From Macrostomum lignano (taxonomy: Eukaryota), in the NCBI GenBank assembly GCA_002269645.1, contig NIVC01001971.1, positions 124,001-188,000 of the forward strand: a DNA stretch of 64,000 nt, read 5' to 3'. Every line of letters begins with the position of its first letter. Positions within the stretch are counted from its first letter, which is position 1. Shown here piece after piece: positions 53,711 to 64,000 of this stretch. The notes under the pieces were generated by a model that was not told the origin of the DNA, did no database searches, and saw only the letters and a list, made by a program, of their open reading frames with translations. A program made the translations under genes and the position numbers.

Positions 53711-55250
53711 CTCAGATCTCAGGATGGGGGGTGCTTTAGCGCATGGTTTTAGCACCTGCAAGAGTGCTTTGATTTGAATTGGAAATTATGTTGAGAAGTG
53801 ATATGCACTGCATTTTCTGATTGTAGATTTTGGCACAGATGCAAGTTGCAACCAAAAGATATGAAAATTTCTAGGAACTTAAGTACTACTCATGGTTATA
53901 TAGCATATTTTGTATATTTGAAACTAGAGTTCTTAAGAGTACTCAACTTAATATCCAAAAGTAGAATAATCAAACCTATTTTTTAATACTTAAAATCAAT
54001 AAAATTTTATCATATTTATTTATATTTAAATAGTTGATTAAAGTCAAATAGTTTATAAGATTAAGTAACTTATTTGATAATAACTAGTAAATGTATAAAT
54101 ATGCATTACTATAATCCAAGAAACAAGAATTAAAATGTAATGTTAATATAAATTTAACAAAATGCATTATTTAATCATCAATTTCCATTACAATGAGTCC
54201 CTAATATACTAAGCACCAGATGTCCCAATACACATCAGATAAGCTCCACATTTATCATTATGACTAGTCTAAGTAATTAGATGAGGGCAAAGAAAACATT
54301 CTTTTTCATCCTTAGCAGCTTTGAATGTAGTGGTGACCCAATATATAGTCACTCTTGGGATTCCTATTAATTTAGCAATAATGGTAAGCATGTACCTATT
54401 AAAAAGGCATATAATGATTGCAATATAGCACTTTTGTATGATTAAAATTCTAAAAACTGAATGCTTCATTGTGTTTATTAAAATACTACTCCCTTTATAT
54501 ACAAGTTTTGTGTCACTAGCTTATATTTGAAAGTAGCATTATTCATTTAAATTTTGTCTCAAAATTCTATTGGGACACCCAATATATAATTATAATATAT
54601 ACCAAGGTCCTATTTGGATCTTTTTATTGACTCTCACAATAGTTGCCAATATACTAATAAATATTTTATTAATTTGATATTCACTATCTATATAGTAATA
54701 CCCATAAACCATAGTATAAAGAGATGTTTTAGCAATACAATGTGTCCAACAAAAAATAAACTTCAAAATTGACCTAGTATATGACAATGTATGATAGAAA
54801 TAATTATATAGAAATATAATATACTATAATATAGGCCTACTATATAGCTAGTGCAATAATCCTTGGTTTATCAAGTGCAATAATCCTTGGCTTATTAAGT
54901 ACAATAATCATTGGTTTATCAAGTAGAATAATCCGTCTTTCTAATTAGTTCAGCAATAAAAGCTTTCAATAAAAAATACATTACTAAGATTTGAACCTCG
55001 GATTGCGCTAGATTTTTTAGTCAATTATTGCACCAGAATGCACTGGTATACAGGGTGTAATACATATCCAACCCCCTTTTGTGCCAAAATTTTCTGTGAA
55101 GAAGGCCATCTTCCTGATTATAATATAGGTACATAGACAATAAATAAAAAACCTACTATATTGCAATCTATTTAAGAATCAAAATTCAACTAGTCAGTTT
55201 TTTCTTTAGCATTTTTACTATGCATTTTTAAGTCAAAAGAGCTACTCGAC

Positions 55251-55828
55251 CCAGGATGGAATTCTTGCACAAAAGTTGTTACATGTTTGTATGAGCTTGT
55301 CAAATTCATACGCACTTGCACGCTGAAAAGGAGCCTACTTGCATGCTCTTAAAGAAGGTGTGTGTGCGCTCCATCGTATACGCTTGCAAGGAAGCTGTTT
55401 GCAGCAGAATCACAGACAGGATTTGACTTTTACATGCATTCAACATGGTTATGTGCCATGTAGTGTGTGCGCGCTCAAGTTCTCTTACTTTTCATAGTCC
55501 AGAAGGTTGTTTTTATGCTGGAAAATTTTAAACAAAAGTAAAACAAAGAAAAATAGTTTTTAGCAAAAACAGTTACTTTAAAGTTTAGTGGAACTCTTAT
55601 AATTTTTAAAGAATATTTTCTTCAAAAATTATAATGTTCAAGCTACTTTAAATTTAAAGTACAACTTTTTCATTTACATTGACATAAGAATTGAAAAACT
55701 AGAAATTTCATTTTTTAGCACATGGGCCCGCCATGATCTGCATTATGACTTTTTTACAGCTAGCGTGCGCACTGCTCCAAAAATGTGCACAGGCATTTTC
55801 TTACCCCGGAGCAAGAATTCTATCCTAG
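55251..55828. mobile_element. Possible old MITE with ~19 bp imperfect TIRs
   Basis: ccaggatggaattcttgcac at 55251 versus gagcaagaattctatcctag at ~55809-55828; internal gtgtgcgc repeats; no clear TSD. Confidence 0.35.
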
Positions 55829-56789
55829 TGCTTGGCCTTTAAAAAAAGCATGTTTTTTTAATATTTAATCCATTTAGCATTCAGCAATTTTTTAGCCATG
55901 ATGCATAGTACTGTCATGGCAAAATTTCTGATCATATAGTATAAGTACAGTGCAAGTATAGATCATACAATGATCATAATTGATTTAAAAATTATATAGT
56001 ATAATGAATTTAAGAACAATTGAGGTCTATTATGTCTATACAAATTAATATCTAGTCTTACTACTTTTACATAGAATATAATATAGATTAGGAAAGCAAA
56101 TGATCCTAGGCTATACTATAAATTAGCTTTAGGTATGATGGGATTATTCTATATTAATCAACTGTTGTCATGCACACCAAGTATGCCAAAATTTTAATGA
56201 CCTTTTTATTATGCATGTCAAATATATACTAGGCCTACTTAGCTACAGGGTGGTCCAAAGATGCAGTGGGGAGACAGGTGTTGCCCAATCAGCTATATAC
56301 GAGGCCTAACATTTAGGCATTATTAAACATGCCAAATGAATGCCATGCCGCAATGTAAAGCTGCAATTGCAACTATAAGATGATCCAATTGGCTTGATTG
56401 ACATTTTAAATCTTTGTGCTAATGTTAATATATTCTAAGAAAATAAATTTTCAAAAATCATTCAGAATGTTTTACAAAAAATAACAGTTTTAACTAAACT
56501 TTTTACTAGACTATAAGTATAACCATGTGCACAATGACAACCACAACCAAAATATAAAACTTCAAAATTCTAAGTTTTGATGCATGCCATCATTCATGCC
56601 TATTTTTACCATTGCCTTGAGAATGCCAATTGCGCCATATTTCTAGCATTGCCTTGAGCACGCCAATTGCGCCATATTTTTTATCATTGATTTGAGCACG
56701 CCAAAAAAGCAAGCACGCCAAAAAAATCTGGCGAACCATATGCACGCCAGAAAATTCCGGCGTATCTGCCGCCTTCCTGACTATGTGGC

Positions 56790-57054
56790 CTGTTGTATTG
56801 TAGCAGGAAGGATTAAATAATTGTAGAATACTTTTAGGCGAATTCGCTTTTAACTAGCTGCTTTAAATTTAGAAGTAAGATGAAAAATCTGATCTGTTGC
56901 TAACATACTTCCTCTTTTCTTATGAAAAGAATTTCGTTGTTGTCATTCAGTCATTCTGGGGATAGGATGATTCGCCTAAAAGCGAAAGCGAATTCGCCTA
57001 AAAGTATTCTACAACTATTTAATCCTTCCTGCTTTACCTGCTACAATACAACAG
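56790..57054. mobile_element. Foldback/MITE-like element, 265 bp, with ~60 bp terminal inverted repeats
   Basis: ctgttgtattgtagcaggaaggattaaataattgtagaatacttttaggcgaattcgcttt pairs with aaagcgaattcgcctaaaagtattctacaactatttaatccttcctg(ctttacctg)ctacaatacaacag. No TSD recognised. Confidence 0.75.
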
Positions 57055-58849
57055 CAAACGAAACGATAACGAAAACAATTTTCCTGGAAAAAGGAAAAGT
57101 CAAAATAAAGATTAAAATTATTAAAAGTAAAAAACAAATTTGCGATAAACTGTACTGTTATAAAGTTACAATATTTTTTGAATTCCTTTAATTACTTTTA
57201 ACCATTAATATTTACATGAAATAGTGTTGAAGTCTAGAATTTTTTAAATATAAAGAGTTGTATAAATGATTTGAAGATTATTATTGTAAAAAAAACTTGA
57301 AATCATCAATCGGTTGCTTCTTCGTTGTGTTGACGATGAATTTTCAATGTTTTTTTTCTGGCTTGGTTTCCAAAATTTAAAGTCATATTAAATTGTTAGT
57401 TTGGAATCATTAACATTGTATAATTAATGACGTAAAACAAATTCATTTCCACAAAATTGTCTAATTTATGCGTGCACTTTTGTAGTGTGCCCTTATATAC
57501 ATTGTACTATGCACTAAAAATGAGGTGTCTTTAGATATATATCTACCTTTCTTTCTCATATACTAATCTTCTGATATCCTAATTGTCCAATAGATATAAA
57601 TAGAATAATGCATGCGTATCGTCAAGTAGTGTGCAGTCTGAATAAGTGCAGTGTGTGGTACATGTATTATTTTAGTGGATTACGGTCATAATCAACGTAA
57701 ATTTGTTTTCGTTGATTACTGGAACTAACATGAAATTACTGTATTTGAAACAGCAGATTAAAAACTAACAACAGGACAGGGGTCGCTTTCAGAAGCTCGA
57801 AATTCCACAACGTCGAAGTTTTGAGCTTTAGGGTATTTCGATCTTACGAAGTTTTCGAGGTTTTGAAAGGGAGCTCTGTTGTGAAATATCGAGCTTATCC
57901 CACGCCCCGGATCTGCAGGTATAATATACAGTAACACTGTAAACTTGCACGTACATTTTTATACATGCTCATATAGATTTTTACGGATGAAAATGCGGTC
58001 TTATTTATTCCGAGCCTCTAGATCGTGGATGTCCCCGCTGAAACATCAGTGCAGTATGTGTGGTACACTGTACGGGCATTTACAATTACTGAAATTAACT
58101 CAAACTGCATTAGATCTGTTAAACCGAGTTGAACGTAGGGTTAACCTAAAAGCATGTTTAACATTGAAGATCAAGAAAATCCATTCGATACAATTATGTC
58201 TGTCTCGCAATAAAAAGAAGTACTACTGAGATTGAATTAGTGGGAAGTGTCAGAGTTCAGTGCAGTTTATTATAACTGTATGCCAATATAAACTGTGCAA
58301 TACGCGCGCCAACTCAATGTATTTGCTTTTTACATTTCTAACTGCAAATAGCTGCACATTTTGCCTAATAAATAAATCTTAATGCATTATCGATTAGAAA
58401 TATCTGCAATTAATTACTAATAAATAATCAGTGAATAGACTATTATATGTTAACAAGTGCAAGGCCATATAATAGAAAAACTTTTAAGCTAACCGACAGA
58501 GAGTGAGATGAAGGGGTGTTCAGTTTTAAAAGTATCATAATTAATATCGAAATTAAACTATAATGGGCAGCAGAGGTAGTACAGCTGTAGCTTGCATAGC
58601 TCAGACAGTGCAAGCACAATAGAAGATTATGGACCAGAGCTTGTGGGGAATGCAATTTGATTGCTGCTGTACCGTTTAGTGCAAATTTTCCTAGCTTACT
58701 ACAATCTACACTGTGAAATGATGACATTGTAAATACGAATGATTCATTTTATAATTCTGCTGCTATAAATTGTTTGAAGACTTGACAAATCAAACTACAT
58801 GTAGTGCCCTTCATACAGCCTAATTGGCGCCCGCTAGCACAGATTTCAG

Positions 58850-59310
58850 CGCTCCCTGACACCCATTTTGGCGCCCCTGACATCCATTTTGGCACCCTCT
58901 GACCCCATTTTGGCTCCCTGACGATTTTGGCGCCCCTGACACCGATTTTGGCGCCTCGACGATGTTAGCGCTCGCTGACACCGAATTTGGCGCCCCCTGA
59001 CACCCCATTTTGGCGCCCTTCGACACCGATTTTGGCGCCCCCCGATACAGACTTTTGGCGTCTCCTGACGCCTCCATTTTGGCGCCCCTGACACCGATTT
59101 TGGCGCTCCCTGACACCGATTTTGGCGCCCCTGACACCCCATTTTGGCGCCCTCCGACACCGATTTTGGCGCCCCCCCCGACACAGACTTTTGGCGTCAC
59201 CTGACGCCTTAATTTTGGCTCCCCTGACAGTCTGACACTGATGTGTGGCGCACCCTGACACCTATTTTGGCGTCCCCGACACAGACTTTGGCGACCCGAC
59301 GATTTTCGAG
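58850..59310. repeat. Minisatellite, 20-21 bp degenerate unit ccgattttggcgcccctgaca
   Basis: Tandem copies just downstream of the EGF-like gene. Confidence 0.9.
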
Positions 59311-59497
59311 CTCTCAGACATCGAATTTGGCGAGGGTTTAGGGATGAGTTTAACTTGTCGAAATTCTGTGTCTATCCAATAAGCTAAAGTTTCTGCATGC
59401 AAAATCAAAACAAAATCATCTAAAGTACATGTGCACCTTTGCTGAGCGAGGATAGAGAGAGGATAAATGCTGCGCCGCTGCAGTCGCACCTGTCAGC

Positions 59498-60142
59498 TCA
59501 GCCTCGCCAATCGTCCCCATCGATGTCGTCCTCATCGTCGCTGCTGACTTCGGCGTCGATGAACTCCAGCACGGCTGCCGGGTCGAATGGCTTCAACGAG
59601 GAGGCGACTCCGTCCGGTCGTTCTTCGCCGCCGACGCTGTAGTCGGTGAGCATAGCAACGGTTGCTAGGGGCTCATCGCCAGGCGCCGGCTGACGAACGG
59701 CGAGTCTCCGGTGACGCAGGCGGGCGCAGCAGAGGTAGCCGAGCACCAGCAGCAGCAGCAGCAGCAGGGCTACAAAAAGGAACACCGATACGAATGCCGC
59801 AGTGCTGAGGTCGAGAGTCGACGGCAGCAGCGGGATGTCGCAGTTGTAGCCGGTGTAGCCGCTCGGGCACTCGCAGCTCGGCTGGTCCAGCCGCTCCTCA
59901 ATCCGGCTGTGCGCCACCGACCATTTCACCGCCACGGTGCAGCGGCCGCCGTTGGCGCAGTAGATCTGCTCGTGCGGCTCGCATGGCACCTTGCGGAATA
60001 CAAACGGGCGAAGGTATTCAGCTGGCGGCAGCTGCACCCGGGCTGGCTGGCGGCCGCAGGCGTCCACCACAAGCGGCGTAGGCGCCAGCAACAGCGGCAA
60101 CAGTGATGGAAGCAGCGACTTGGCCGAATAGTAATGTCGCAT
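59498..60142 (-). CDS. Single-pass membrane protein with one EGF module (EGFR-ligand-like precursor), 214 aa, single exon
   Basis: Hydrophobic N-terminus (signal peptide-like), EGF module C-x7-C-x5-C-x21-C-x-C-x8-C, short stalk, TM segment AAFVSVFLFVALLLLLLLVLGYLCC, basic stop-transfer ARLRHRR and an acidic tail. Confidence 0.8.
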   Translation of the reverse strand: MRHYYSAKSLLPSLLPLLLAPTPLVVDACGRQPARVQLPPAEYLRPFVFRKVPCEPHEQIYCANGGRCTVAVKWSVAHSRIEERLDQPSCECPSGYTGYNCDIPLLPSTLDLSTAAFVSVFLFVALLLLLLLVLGYLCCARLRHRRLAVRQPAPGDEPLATVAMLTDYSVGGEERPDGVASSLKPFDPAAVLEFIDAEVSSDDEDDIDGDDWRG

Positions 60143-61082
60143 GTCGCTCTGCCGCTGCTGCTGCCGCTGCCACCGCCGCTGCCACCGCCGCTGCCGCCGC
60201 CGCTGCCGCCGCCGCAGCCGCAGCTGCCGCCGTCACGAGAAAGTAGATACCGTGACTACTGCAGCATAACTATACTGATGATTGTGTGACGCGGCAAATT
60301 TTGCTAGCACTCTATGCTGCCTTAATATTGTAGCAATTTGCTAATTATTGGCATTGGATTTGCTAGAACTTCAAATTCAACTGCTCGGAAGAGAAACAAA
60401 ACATATCGGTAGCAGGTATTATACAGCTGATGATGGGAAGGCGAGGGGAATCTATTGAATGCGGGAAAACTGTGGTTTTTTTCTGTTGCAGACAGCCACG
60501 CAGCAGCAGCAGGGCAGCAAGTGTTGGAAATGGGAGGTTGGCTTGGCTTCCCCATATTTTAGGGCCAAAGTTGGCCCCACCTCCACCCAGGTTGCGCTGG
60601 CCCGCTGCAATCTCTCTTCCCTACCCCACCCACCCTATGCAGCCAAGAAGAATAGACGAGAAAGGCCTACTTACTGCCGCGCCAACCCCCCCCCCCACCG
60701 CTGGCATAGGCCGATTGCGTACATGGCCTGAATCGCCCCCACCCAAGCAGCTGGGCTCCGTATGGTACGCACACACACACACACACATACACACACACTG
60801 GAGCTCTAACGCCCTTCACATTCACCATTCTGCGGCTTCACACAACGGCTGGGCTGGGGTGGTGGTTGGGGTGGGGAGAGAAGGGATTGAAGTGGGCGAG
60901 ATAGAGGGGCAGAGAGGCGATAAAGGGAAGGGATTAATTTAAGAACTAAACGTGGAATAAATGCTTCTTGACGTCGATGTTGCTCATTGGGTTTGGAGGT
61001 TTGGCAGTTGACTACAGCTTGCTGTTTGTGTGTTAGAGTCGGGGATGAATGGAGGAGGGGGAGATGAAGGGAGACTCATGAG

Positions 61083-61255
61083 AGACACGGGTGAGATGAA
61101 GGGATTACTGAAATGAAGGGAAGAGAGGGAGACTCAAGAGAGACACGGGTGAGATGAAGGGATTACTGAAATGAAGGGAAGAGAGGGAGACTCAAGAGAG
61201 ACACGGGTGAGATGAAGGGATTACTGAAATGAAGGGAAGAGAGGGAGACTCAATT
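61083..61255. repeat. 58 bp tandem repeat, 3 copies
   Basis: agacacgggtgagatgaagggattactg recurs at 61083, 61141 and 61199. Confidence 0.9.
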
Positions 61256-61705
61256 GAGACACCAGTGAGATTAAGGGAGACTCAGAAGCAACCACAAGAT
61301 TGAGATGGTAGGAGATTCAGCTGGGGAAGTGAGAAGTGCGAGCCTCAACGAGTTCGCAAGCCCACTTGCCCCGAGAGTCCCGTTATCTATACACAAAGAT
61401 TCGCCCACGAAGTCCCCCAAACTCCGTGCATAGCTGGCCTTTTCCTGCGCGTTATACTCGCAGCTATTTTTGGGCAAATATTGTTTGTTCCACAAGTCGC
61501 CAAATTAGTAGAACAATATCAGCCTTACGTCCACCACATGCATGCAGGCTTATCACTCAGAGCGTGAAAATGAGCAGACTTTGGACTAAATCTTTTACGT
61601 GCTCACTGTCTAATACGCCCTCGTATCTGAAACACAGAAATACTAATGCAGCACGATAACTCTATTAATATGACATCACAAAGGCTATTATAGTAGATAA
61701 ATGGG

Positions 61706-64000
<2,295 letters not shown>

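Noticed and set aside
55045-56265. TA-CAGGGTG motifs (~55047, ~56244) as Tc1-type element ends
   Set aside because: No matching inverted partner end found.

Overview
Eukaryotic (animal) genomic DNA. GC-rich exons sit in AT-rich, minisatellite-laden non-coding DNA, a texture that suggests a free-living flatworm such as Macrostomum (inference only; no search was run). Seven protein-coding genes were reconstructed by hand from homology and GT-AG boundaries: single-minded (sim, +, 7 coding exons, with an apparent +1 frameshift in exon 4), a VAMP-associated protein (-), a 728-aa ADAR/ADAD-family protein (-), an intronless innexin (+), an FHL/limpet-type 4.5-LIM protein (+), a CHTOP/FOP-like RGG protein (-) and a single-pass EGF-ligand-like protein (-). 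Mobile DNA includes a tRNA-headed CORE-type SINE, a hAT-type MITE with perfect TIRs and an 8-bp TSD inserted in a minisatellite, a mariner relic and further foldback elements. There are about 20 distinct 10-80 bp tandem arrays, many filling introns, and the window ends in a >2.2 kb (GATA)n-based array. The best candidate for new biology is the ADAR-like protein: a U1/JAZ-type zinc finger plus one dsRBD plus a deaminase fold in which every catalytic and zinc-binding residue is replaced while much of the IP6 pocket is kept, i.e. a probable non-catalytic dsRNA reader or editing regulator.
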